A stretch of 64,000 nt of DNA from Dicyema japonicum (lineage: Eukaryota; Animalia; Dicyemida), in the NCBI GenBank assembly GCA_011109175.1, contig RDEW01000064.1, positions 1-64,000 on the forward strand, written 5' to 3'. Position 1 is the first letter of the stretch. Every line of letters begins with the position of its first letter. Positions 50,721 through 63,300 of this stretch are shown here, piece after piece. The notes under the pieces are model-generated. The model was not told the origin of the DNA and did no database searches. It saw only the letters and a list, made by a program, of their open reading frames with translations. Both the position numbers and the translations under genes were made by a program.

Positions 50721-51589
50721 CAATCACAATAACCAAAAACAATTTTTAATGTAGCTGTATCCTCACATCAGCCGAAGCATTCAGTTTATTTCAATATTTT
50801 GTTTTAATAGATATATTGAAAAACCAGACTCGCATAAGTAAGTCGTTGGAGAAGGTAATACCCTTTGGAAGGTAATACCCTTTTCTGAGATATCAGGATA
50901 TTTTGAAATGTATGCTCTCCAAAAATTAAAAAGGGATTAACTTTGATTGGATTTCATCAAATTTATCTGGAAAATATTTCGCAATGTTATCATCCAAAAT
51001 TACCAAATGATCTTTGATTTCCTGAAGTACTGTATCGTCAATGCGCAATTCGATTCATTAAAGCGGCATGTAATGTTATTTTTATTTACGGATTACCGCC
51101 AAAATTCGATTCTCCGTTTAAGGTCATTACTTAATCGTTCAAAATAAAAACATATTGATATTTTCCTTCTGGATAATTTTTTTGAACTTGACTTTATAAA
51201 ATTTTCGGCAATTATAATGCCTCTCCACAACGTGCTACAAGATAACTCACCTGTTTTTAATTAAAAATAATTCTACACTTCATAAGATGCTCTGGTCGAT
51301 TTTAAGGTGTCGTCTTTCGCAAAATTGGACATTTCCAACTTGCACCTTGTGGATGCATTTAATTTATTTTGAAAAAAAAGGAAATATCTTTATCCTTTAT
51401 ATTAGGATGCTTTTGGCGGGAGCAATAGATGTGTTAGTGATTTTACAATTTAATTAAATTAATAATTAATTAATTTAAAAATTCACATAGTCCAACACCG
51501 AGCTGTCACCGAGCCATCGGGATGTGAGAACTTGGTTGAGCTGGTGACGTGGCTCTAATAAAGTATTAACATGTCTGAAAAGTACGAAC

Positions 51590-51900
51590 CTTTTCTTTTG
51601 GAGAAATTCTCGCTGCTCTCATTCAACGTCCGAAGCCTAACCTATTCTTGGAAAAGGACCTCCCTCTGTCAAGACCTACATAATTACGATGTTTATGTAG
51701 TAGTTTCAATGCTGGGAAAGAGGTTCTGATGCCACCAAAAATAGATTTGATCAAACCAAGCTTTTTTGAGCAGGTTCCGGAGATATATTCGACATGAGGG
51801 GAGAAGGTCATGTGCGTGTCAAAGGCGACTCCTAAAATTTTCAATATCTTCGTAAAAGGTATTTTAGTTTGGTTGATAAATAAATTAACGGTCATTTTTC
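51590..51900. mobile_element. Abutting LINE scraps: RTE endonuclease start (+) and I/Jockey RT fragment (-)
   Basis: +: LLSFNVRSLTYSWKRTSLCQDL; -: KILGVAFDTHMTFSPHV. Confidence 0.45.
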
Positions 51901-53149
51901 CAAGACGTTTGTCTGAGGTAAAAGGGATGTGGAGGACTTCTCAGGTGATATATCAAGTCTGTTGGATGACTATGGAATATAAGGATTTTGGTTAGAAATA
52001 AGATTTAGTTAATTTATTCAATTTAATTTATTTATTCAATTTTATTACGTATTTTGAATAATATATTAATTCTATTTTTAAATATTAAAAATTGGTTTAC
52101 AAAACCACTTACAAGACAACAAAATATAATAGGTAGGCTTTGAAAGAATTAAATGATGATTATAAAATCTTGAGTTATTTCAGGTTCTTTATCATAAATA
52201 TGTCAAATGGTTTGTTCTCAATGATGAATTATGGATAAGTTACATAATTATTTAGTTCATCAAAGAGGCAGTGGAAAATGAGAATACTCCATTGCACGAT
52301 TGAAACTTCAATCGATTTTTCACACCTATTCCTCTGGAGAAAAATATAAACGAAAAATTGTTTCATGAAATCTGAAATTAATGTCATGAATTAGCAAACG
52401 TTCGTCCACAATCCCAAGACTGACCCCATTGCACGATTGAAACTTCAATCGATTTTTCACACCTATTCCTCTGGAGAAAAATATAAACGAAAAATTGTTT
52501 CATGAAATCTGAAATTAATGTCATGAATTAGCAAACGTTCGTCCACAATCCCAAGACTGACCGACCGCATTTTCTACGTCCTATTTAATAGCTGCTGGCC
52601 TCCTACAAATTAGTGAGGCTTTTTCTTTATGGAAATTGCACAAAGTGCATAAAAAAATGGACTCCCGAAGATGAATTACCAACAAATCGGACCTTTTCTC
52701 GAGGAGCCAATATCTGACTAACTCTGTTTTCTTAAACATATCCAGCCTGCTAAAGTCCAAGAAAATACCACTTAGGAATCCGAAAGCCGTTCGCATCCAT
52801 GCCGCTTAATGTCTATCTTCACTTTTCGACGATGCACTCATATCGAACTTTGAAGGTTCTTGGATACAAGAAAATACCACTTAGGAATCCGAAAGCCGTT
52901 CGCATCCATGCCGCTTAATGTCTATCTTCACTTTTCGACGATGCACTCATATCGAACTTTGAAGGTTCTTGGATATGAATACTGATCCTTGCTCATCTCG
53001 CTTTTGGCCTCTCAATCAATGAATCTACAAATAAATGACCACGGCCAAACTAAAGCCATACGTTCTGGAGGTACACATGAGTTAAACATTCATCAAGAAT
53101 GAAGAAGAATATTCAGACTATTTAAGAACACAACCTCTCCAACATTCAG

Positions 53150-54000
53150 GCACCGCAAATATGTAAACCCTCAGTCAAACCATCGCCCAATCCTTACAAA
53201 CTCAAAGAGAGGGTGAATCAAAAAATTCTTGAAGGAGATATCCGAGAAGCTATAAGAGTGGTTGCTTCGGACGATACAGTCTTTTCCCATTCCTCAAAAA
53301 ACCAAACCCTCCGATCGACTTTGATGCCTACTACTCTTGAAACTAATCTGAAGATATAAATTAGCAAGAGTGATGTGCGTTTGTGGATTGCATCGTTTGC
53401 TGGCAGTAGCAGCGGAGACTGGATGGACTGCGTTCAGATAATATCAGGGATCTGACGTCTGGTCCTACAGGTGAGGCTGAACATAATCTAGTCGAGTAGA
53501 TCACTAATCTTACTTACCGTATAATTAATGGGGATATTCCATCACATGCATGGGACTTTCTCTTCTCTGCTCATCTACTTGCATCCAATAAGAGTGATTG
53601 AGGCATCCGTCCCATTGCAGTTGGGAACTATTTCCGAAGATTGGCTGAGAAAATTGCTTACAGATTTGTCTCTCCAAGGATTCAGTGAATAATTATCCCA
53701 ATCAAACTTTATGTAGGCGTACGTAACGGATGCGAAGCCTCAGGTGTTTCTTCCCACAAGAAAACCAAAAATAATCCGTGTCTGTGATTAAAGCTCGGTA
53801 TCACTATTGTCTTCAATAAGTTTAAGAGATATCGTATCATTGAAGTATGCAGAAAGCGATCACCTGAGCTCATTCTCATTGTCATTCTTTCATACGGATC
53901 AAATTCCTCTCTGGTTTTTGGGGATGAGATCATCAAGTTACAGTTCGCACACCTCGTCGAACCGCATTGAATAATGTTATTCTGCGAACCCTCGATGCAT
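53150..54000 (+). mobile_element. Degenerate CRE-clade RT region
   Basis: ERVNQKILEGDIREAIRVVAS, GIRPIAVGNYFRRLAEK; parallels 33371-34579. Confidence 0.7.
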
Positions 54001-54889
54001 CTTCTACGGACGGTAATTTGGCAATCTCAATCAAACCATTTGGAAGTTGCTTGATAATCAGAAAAAATGAATCCATTGTTGGGGGAATTCACTTTTGGTG
54101 GCGACTAACCATTACTATCTCTCATTTGATGGTAATAAAAATCCAATGAAAATACATTTCATTTGACGGCCAAATTATTAAAATCCAAAATTTTCTTTTC
54201 AATTTGAATGGCGAAGGAAATTTATTCCGACTGAAAATGCTACTAGTAATATCATCCTTGTTTTTTATCCTACCCATTTCAAGTCAAAATGGGAAATACT
54301 TAAAGGACTACACAAGCGAATCACACATGATGTTGTTAAAAAAGATGAGAAAAACATTCCAGTACCTAACTTGTATGGTTTTGATTTTGTACCGAAAATG
54401 CTGAGTAAGTAATAATTAGTTAATGATTTTATTATGTTTGGTGATTTTGAATAAACAAGTTTACTCCAATATCACGACATCACTTTTCAAGTCAGGAAGA
54501 GGTATAGAGAAAGACAAAGTTATATCATCGAGAAGAATAAATTATATTATGACGCAAACACATATATATTTATAATCAAACCCTCGTGATTAAAACTCCT
54601 TAACCATTTTTATGTTTTCTGTCTCAATTTTTAAAAATCCTATTGCAAACGACTGAACTTACATATTTTAGTAAAATGAACAAACATTATTTCTAAATGA
54701 AGGATATTATGATAAAATCGAGTATGTGTCAGTTTAATAATGTCCCCGTTTGGGTGTTATTGTTGTAGGAGTTGATTTTTGGTTTCTGAGACCGAGGTCC
54801 CCCAGCAGGAAGAGTTATTTAGCAGGACCGGCTTTACGAAAGCATTATAAAGGCGCAAACGAAGCGCGATCGTTATCGGTCTGTTAGCC

Positions 54890-56690
54890 AACTAATCAGT
54901 TTTCATCTTGTTAAGTGGGACCGTCGATAGTACTTTTTTCCGGGTAATGTCCTCACTGTCTCCGAGGAGAGAGTCGAGCTTTCTGGAACGTCTCCATCCC
55001 TCTTCCAATCTTGATCCCATGTGTACGATTTCCACAAAATCAGTTTTAGTTGTAAATTCGGCTTGTTCCGTAGCGTCAAAAATCACATTCCCTTCGTTAT
55101 CCTGAATTTTTAGTATGCCCTTTTGGTTCCTCCTCTTAAGCAGGCGCATTGCCAAAAACATCTGCCCACAATCATTTAGATTTTCCACTTCCTTTAGCCT
55201 GCCATCCAAAACGTTTGCTACATGTTCAATGTTTAATTTTCTGATTTTTCTCTGTATTATAGTACGTTCCGACTGTAAAAAGCATTTCCTTTCTGTGTTC
55301 GTCATGTTTTCTAGCGATAGTCGAAGATTCTTCTGTGTTGCAGCAAGTGCGGGAACCTCGTTCTGTATTATAGTACGTTCCGACTGTAAAAAGCATTTCC
55401 TTTCTGTGTTCGTCATGTTTTCTAGCGATAGTCGAAGATTCTTCTGTGTTGCAGCAAGTGCGAGAACATCGGGGTGGCCCTGCTCGGAACCTCGTGCGTT
55501 GTGCTGCCGCCTCCCAATATGTTCGTCTGCAGCCATGTGAATTCTTTCCATTGTAAGCGTCCAAGTGACTCCCGGTGGAAAGCCTGCTTCTATTGCTTGT
55601 AGATTATGTTCCATGGATGCTTGAGAGATATTTCGATGACATAATCTCTCGACCTGGTATCGTCTCCGTATGACCTAAGATGGCTTTGTTCCTGAAGTGC
55701 GTGCAAAGAGACTTGTAATATCAAACAGGGCCACTACGATCTTGTGATCGCTTTCTACGACGGCACCTCCGTATGACCTCGAGTCCCGTAGTGTTCTATC
55801 TTTCTGTCGGCAAAGAATGTAATCAATCTAATTGTAAATCATCACATGGCCCCCAGATTCATTTCTTCAGAATGTAATCAATCTGATTGTAAATCATCAC
55901 ATGGCCCACAGATTCATTTCTTCAGAATGTAATCAATCTAATTGTAAATCATCACATGGCCCCCAGATTCATTTCTTCAGCAGCTCGTCCAGGTAGTCTT
56001 ATGTCGTGCGGCATGCGTAGACGCAGTGTTACACAGGAATAGACCAAATGCCCGGCAGAAATTTATCAGCACAGCCCCCGGCAGGTTCCTGATACCTCTT
56101 CCGTGTCTTCCGATAATCGACTCATGTTCCCGACGTACTCCTGCTGTAGCATTCCAGTCTCCGGCAATGAAAACTAGAAAAGACGATTCCAGCTCGGCAT
56201 ATGTCCTCGACAGCTGCACGTAGAAAGCGTCAAGTTCGTCCGAATCTTTGGCGACCCGTCCACTGTGGATTGCTTAAACATTTATAATTGAGATAAGGGC
56301 CCTCGACGTGCTTTTGACCCCAACTCGTATTTGCAGTATGCTGACTCTGTCGTTAACACTGCAACACCGACTTATCCCACGAACAAGTTTCTTGTGCACG
56401 ACAAATCCCTGTCCATAGTGTCTTAATGACGATGGTAGTAAAATGAGTCTATAGTCTCCATGTAGCTCGTCCATTCCAGCCAGTACTTTTGTCTCTTGTA
56501 GGCATCCCACGTCTGCACCATATCTCCCCAGATCCGAACAATGCAGGTTTCTTTTCCACTCCTTGCTGATCCCTCTTACATTGAAAGATGTTATCTTAAG
56601 CTCCTCCAAGCGGTTTAAGTGCGTTTCAGAGATTTGTGCAATAGAGATGTCGTCACCACCTCAACCAAAAATGATTTCATTCATAATACA
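54890..56690 (-). mobile_element. Degenerate RTE-clade LINE related to 13520-15262
   Basis: LKITSFNVRGIS, GCLQETKV, IAGDWNA, FLCNT..HAARHKTTW; 5' region similar to 13530-13555. Confidence 0.85.
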
Positions 56691-56879
56691 TGCTAAATAT
56701 AAACTTATACTATAAAAATAACTGATAATCTGTTGGAAGGTTATATTGGAAAACTTTTTCTAATTTATGCACAATTGTCAGCTCAATGGCGTGTGTAGGG
56801 TGAAATATGAATTAATACGTTTATAAACTAAATTCCGTAAATTGATGTAATAATTCTGATGCACAATTCAGTTATCTTC

Positions 56880-57680
56880 ACAGCAATATTTTATTACACG
56901 ACCATGATCAAGGAATGTAGCAATCAAGGAATTGTTGAGTCCCTATTGTAATATTTAAAATCATTTATTATCACAGATATTGGTTTGACTGTCAACTTGG
57001 CAATACTCCTGAACTTAGCTACGATTCAGAGATAAATATACTTTATGTACGAAACATTACTGTATTTAGCGGAAATGTTTTATCATTTGATAAAGTGAAT
57101 GTTGGAAATTTGTATAATAATGTAAATCATTTATAGTATTTGCCAAAGTGATCGTAGTATTACAACTATTAATTCGAATACTTTTCCTAGTACAATTTCA
57201 GCAATGTATTATATATTTTAAATTGATAGAGATTTAGAAACTTGTCACGGATTGACACTTATACATATAGATTTTGCTGAAACACTGACAAATCTTAGAA
57301 CTATGTAATTTATACTATTATTTTATAGTCATTTTCCTACTGATACAATTATACAATCTTTAGGGTAGCTGTTTCTGATTATGTTGAATTAAGAGGGTAT
57401 TTTCAATATTAAATTAGTATTCTTGCATTATGCATTGATCCATTTAATAAAACACGAGCGTTTAGAATTATATTTAATTTAGATATAAATCTGATGTTAA
57501 ACATATATTTATAAATAATAATAAAATGTATTTGTTTGATATTAATATAATTAGAGCATACAACAAATCAACATATCGAATATGTAATTATAAATATTAT
57601 TTCAGTCTGTAGTGCCATAGGAAACCCAAACAACGTGCTTGGCATGTGTGGAAAGCGTAATAAATTAATGCTAACATGAC
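56880..57680 (+). pseudogene. Leucine-rich-repeat-like surface-protein gene with micro-introns, two apparent 1-nt frameshifts
   Basis: GT-AG segments 56948-56976, 57047-57069, 57112-57136, 57206-57229, 57305-57328, 57397-57417, 57460-57482, 57528-57554, 57584-57605. Phase-2 symmetric exons of 42, 69, 75, 42 and 45 nt encode SITTINSNTFPSTISAI and IDLETCHGLTLIHIDFAETLTNLRTI; exons 56977-57046 (70 nt) and 57329-57396 (68 nt) are each one base off. Confidence 0.55.
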
Positions 57681-58939
57681 TATGGAATATTAGGATTTTG
57701 GTTAGAAATAAAAATTAGTTAATTTATTCAACAATGACAACAAAGGATAATAGGTAGGCATATGGAGGTTTAAATAATGATTATAAAATCTTGAGTTATT
57801 TCAGGTGCATCATCATTAATATTTCAAAATCGTTTGATCTTAATGATGAATTATTGACAAGTGACCCAATTATTTAGTTTATCGAAGAGGCGGTGAAAAA
57901 GTGGAAATTTATGTCTAAAGGACATAAAAACTCGAATAAAAGCTAATTCGTTCTGTAATGTTTTGTTATCTGCCATACCCGACAGGAAAATGTATAAGCC
58001 AATTAAGTGGTCCAATTATTTAGATACTGTACTGTCATAACGTTTTCCTCCTATTGGACATTTTGAGAAGGTTCATTTGCATGATAGAAACCTCATTCAA
58101 TATTCCAGACCGATGTCTCTGGATAAAAATATTAAAGTTGAGGCATAAAATGTTGTTCCGTGGGTCCTCAAGAATAGCAAACTGAATTTTGAGCGAAAGG
58201 ATGAAGTTTCATCCAATCTCGGTCGAAATCATAAATTTTAGAGAATGGATTTTGAGGTAACAGTTAAAGTGACCAGGAAAAATTTTTCATCTTTAACGCT
58301 CCTCGATTCCGTGACGACCGAGGACCTGCCTCCAGGCTTTCTTGGAGACCTCTAAACGATTGTGAGACGCCTAAGAGTGGGATAGGATCCCGATAAACTA
58401 CTAGATTGTCTTGGATTAGTTAACATGACTGCTGTTACTTCTTAACTAAAGTGTGAGTTCTGTCTAGCTGAGGTTTAACTAATAGAAACAATACTATTTT
58501 TTGGGTTAACTAATAGAAACATTACTAATCTATTTTCTTGGATGCCCACTCGACAATGCAGAATTATGGAAACACTTTCAGTCCAAAGATATTTTCTTTC
58601 TACGAAAAGTCTTGCTATTCTGTACTCCCACAAATCTTTTTTCCTCATGAAGAGAAGCTTATGTTTGCCGAAATTGGATACTTCTGCGGAAATCCCAGTC
58701 CATCGGCCATCGAGATTTGCTACCGAGCCTGGATCAGACGTTAAAGCAAACAGTCGAGTCACTACTTTGCTACTGAGCCTGGATCAATCTTTTTTAATGT
58801 AATAAAATGGCATTGTTGAGAATTCATTTTACGCAGTCTTGGTTGTCAGTTATTTAAGTATTTTTAATGGATGAGAAGATAAATATAAATATTATTTGCT
58901 GGGTCATTTTTTGAAATTTAGTATTATTTTGAATAAAAT

Positions 58940-59340
58940 ATTTTTTTTAAAAAGAAACAAATTTCAGTTGAGGAAGCCGGCTGCTTTGATTGCGAACGAG
59001 TTCTCTTTGAGTATGGCCATTCCAATTTTTTGTCTCAACCATAACCCTTCTCGTTGATCCCTTATCTTTCTGGCAAGCATTCCTCTGAGTACTCGCAAGA
59101 ACTCAGCCGTTATTGGACCAACGGCTCTCGATGATGAGTACATCGGTAGCGGTCCCTGAGGCAAGAATATTTTTTGATTTTTAGGCTCTCCGCAGTCGAA
59201 GCAGCTGCTCCAGGTGTCTGAACCGATTTGGAAATATTAGTGGTTGAGAACGTGTCTACACAAGTTACGTCCCAAACCAAAGATCTTCCAGACGTAAAGG
59301 GGAAAAGCTCATCCCGTCAGGTCTCTTTCCATCAGTTTAA
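58940..59340 (-). mobile_element. CRE-clade 3' end
   Basis: WLRQKIGMAILKENSFAIKAAGFLN; near-identical family to 16760-17130. Confidence 0.8.
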
Positions 59341-59929
59341 AAAAATAATAATTTTAAAAATTATTTTATTAAAAAATATTTTTTGATAAATGTAAAAAAA
59401 TGATATTTTTTTACTTAAAAAAACTTTTGAGTAATTTTCACTTAGTGAGCAGCTTCATTCGATCGCATCCTCGAACGAAGCCTTCGTCCGATTGGAGAAA
59501 ATGAATTCTTCACCTCTTTCATTATTAAAACAAAAAAATGTCAACTAAGTGAACCCCCATTAATCCGAATTTTTTGATGAGTCAGCAAAATTTTACTAAA
59601 TTTCCGTACAAACAGCCTTTACTTTTATTATTTAACTCCAAGACCACCAAGAAAGATAGGCTACTAACTAATTAAGTGATCCCAGCCTCCAACAACATCC
59701 GAACTCTCTTAGTCTTCTGATGACCCAACCGCATTCCGAAAGCGCCTTCTTTTTTTTCAGCATCGAAATCCTATCAGGACCGCTAGTCTGTTTTAGAGCA
59801 TTTTAGTCAACCGTAGTGGCACATGTGAATAAAATATTCTGAATAGTTTGCGGATTTGTAGGTTTTTATTAGTGATGTTATTTTTATTATTTTGTTTTAG
59901 TTTTTTTTAAATTTAATATATTTTTGGTA

Positions 59930-60040
59930 GTGATTGAGGATGCTTGCATTGCGCGTGTAATAATAAATGGGATTGAATAATCGCTTCCTTAGAAAAGTCA
60001 ACACCACAATGGAAACACAGATGTTTAGTGGACCATTTCA
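59930..60040 (-). pseudogene. hAT N-terminal remnant
   Basis: Diverged nucleotide match to 27965-28070. Confidence 0.4.
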
Positions 60041-60309
60041 TAATTTAAAAAAATCACTAAATAAAAAATCTCCCTGAAGGGGAATCGCCCCCTATGAGAA
60101 ACACTGTCCTAGTAGATGATAATTGGACACAATATATTCTTTGTTACTGATCCCTCTTAGAAATACCCTTAACAACGATGTATGCGTAAATTCTACATTT
60201 AATAAGCTCAAGGCAAAAAATTCAATTATAGACTTTATTAAACTTCCCTTACAGGTGGAAAATAAACTAAATTAAAATCATAACCCAACTATCTACCAAG
60301 CCATGTTTA

Positions 60310-63300
60310 TTAATCGAAAATAACATCAGGAAACCAATGCTCAATAACATCATGCGACAAATACTTTGTCCCTTTGATCACCTACCATACAATCATCACT
60401 TACTTTCCCTAAACACATCTTCATCATTGTGGAAGTATCAATCTCACACAGTATAGACGACGTCATCTACGTCACAACACAAACTACCAGTAAAAACAAC
60501 TTCATCAGATTCTCAATCTCATCTCCCTTAGATTCTTCCTCCGACAAAAGAGCGGGAAAAAACGTGCGAATAAACAATGAAATCGTATCAAAATTATTCG
60601 AAAATCCCCGGTATTCCTCATAATATCTAACACCAACGTGACAACACGGACGGGTCAAACAAACAGCAATGAGGACCACCAGAGAGTGAATCATGTTATG
60701 TTTGCTCATCCCTCCCCACTCTACCAATCACCCAACTCATACTGTTGCACGTGTCATTCAGAAACAACACCAACTCCTCGTCAGAGAAAGGCAACAGACT
60801 CGTCACAATCTAAGTCACCACCATAACTACAGAATCCCTACAACAGTCCTCTGCTAACTCTGCCAGTCCAGGACGCGTGGTTGAATACACCCTATTCACC
60901 ACCGACATTAAAATCTCCCGGTAGTGCAACAGCAGACTCGACAGTACCAGTCGGTTAAAGATGGCGTCCATTTCTAAGGTAACTCAGGGACCAACCTTTC
61001 CGACGGTTCTCTAAAATAAATCCACTCCTTACTCTGAAAATTCTTAATAGACTCAATCAGCAGTACGTGGTCTCCCACAGAATTACAGATGTGTACAACC
61101 TCTGACTGCAATTGAACGGCAACTTTCTGACATTATTTCCTACTCTACCATTATCTCATTGAATTGATCCAGCACGTGGGCAAAAACCTTTTCCATCAAG
61201 TATTCCATGCCACGTAACCCCATCAGCAAACACAATGCCTCCATCTCTACCATTACCACACTCCAACCTTGTCGTGATGTGTATTCCTCCAAGTCGAACA
61301 CGTGAGCACCCTCATTTGCACACAACCCCACGAAACAGTCACAGGAGAACGAGTATATCATTTCCCTCCGAGCCAACGCCTTCAGCAGAAAGTCAACGTA
61401 CCTAAGTAACCCCCACGTTACTACCACGCCGTCATTCTCTGCTGTAGAGGCGGTAGGTCCCCAATCTCAGTACAGTTCACCCACAGCTCATTATTAAGTG
61501 AGTCCATACCACGTGTCCAGCCAACTAGGAATAAAAGAACCCCTTACAGACAGCATCAACTTGCACAACCACATCAATGAGGACGGATTTCCTCAAGTTC
61601 ACTTGTGAGGGAAGACAAGTGATCATTGCAGCATTGCTTTGATACGAACTTTCATCTATCAGTCTTAAGAGGAGGGGACTGAGGGCGCTCTCAAACTGCT
61701 TTCCGTGATGTTCCGTCGCGAATCTACGGAAAGTCCTTGACAGGGCGGTGATAGATGTCATAAGGTTGGACCTACTGTGACCATAATAACCCACGTGGTT
61801 CAAAGTACTCTTTATTGTTGGATAAAGATATCTCAGACTTGCTTTTCGACTGCTTCCCGTATATGTGACCCATCATTCTCTGTCCCAACACGGCGGGATC
61901 CAAAGCCTTTATCAACCCACGTGTCACCTGTTCTGTAAACTTCAGCCTATTGTAGTAGACGTTCTCGATATACTGAACCAAGGAGAAAACCACGTTCTCC
62001 AGAAATTTATCACAGAGACTTTCTGCTAGGGTTATCAATGGAAATTGCTTGTGTTACCACCAGCTACCTCCTCAGGACAAAGCACGTGGAAGCAGGTTCC
62101 CACTCCCTCTGTAAGTCGAAGGTAGCCACCAATGTAGTTGATTCTGCTTATTCTGGAGAGACACAGAAAGAACTGGTGCTCTATCAGGTTGGGGGTGTGG
62201 CTAAATCACGGAAAAGGCTTACAAATATGTGGAGAGGTCACAGACACGTGCCAGAAATTCGGGGTATGCGTTAACAGCCATGTTTATGGAAGAGGGTCTG
62301 ACAGGAGAGCAGGTACAGGGATCCCCTTTAAGGAGCAATTCCCCTGAGCCATAGACAAAACATACTCGCAGTCATCTACATGTCCCTCACGGAATGCCGT
62401 CTCCAATCGTACGCAGATGTCCAGTCCACATGGAGTTGACAAAGTCAGACTTGTCGTCCAACTCTCCCTCAAATTTAATCTTTTTCCCGCCACTGAGCAT
62501 ATTAAGCCCCAAAATGAGTCTTATTTCGTCCGTTGCATACAGCAGGATCTTAGTCACGGAAGGTAACTACAACACATGTAACCAGTACCTCACGGTAGAT
62601 ATTGTTGGACAGCTGGGCATTGACCTCCTCCATCATACCCAGAAGGAGTGTCCTTCTCTCCCTTATCATAGTCAAACTGGAGATCAGTCACAACAATACT
62701 AGTTGGTGGGGAAATTCAAGGATTTGAACTCGGTGGAGAGCTTGGGAGGCAGTTGTCTAAATATAAAAGGTTACCAACAATTTGATGGCAGTAAAACATC
62801 GAACACAAAGATCTTGGGAAAACCTGACCTTGTCCCTGATGAGACAGACCAGAGGGAATGCTCTAACTGTGTTGATGAGGATCGAAGACAGAGATTCCTC
62901 CGTTAGTTCCGTGGCTATTCCGATGAGGGACACTTGGGATTAAAAAATTTGTTACGGATAATCAGTCTAGAGAGGCTAAAGGGGGTCAAACCGTTGAGCT
63001 CCGTCTAAATCTGAGACCACTTGATCACCCAAGTGATGGATTCGAAGTGAGAAGTGTCAATTTTAAGGAAATTCATCTTCATGTTCTTTTCGGTTGAAAT
63101 CACACAATTTCGGATCGCCTGACCAAAGAAGAAGACCTCCTTCCGGATTTTGCAGTAGGGGGCGTCGACCTCGTTCAGTAACCGGATCAACGCGCTAAAC
63201 TGGGAGTCCCTGAAGCTTAGAGGAACAAATACTGAATCTTTTCCCCATGAATACACAAATGACAGTAGTAGTAGAGGACGACCACGTGCTTAAGGTTAGG

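Noticed and set aside
54380-54720. Several GT-AG 22-23-nt segments on the minus strand
   Set aside because: Could not assemble a consistent open frame.
62038-62906. Plus-strand ORFs overlapping NCKAP1
   Set aside because: Antisense shadows of GC-richer coding sequence; no motifs.
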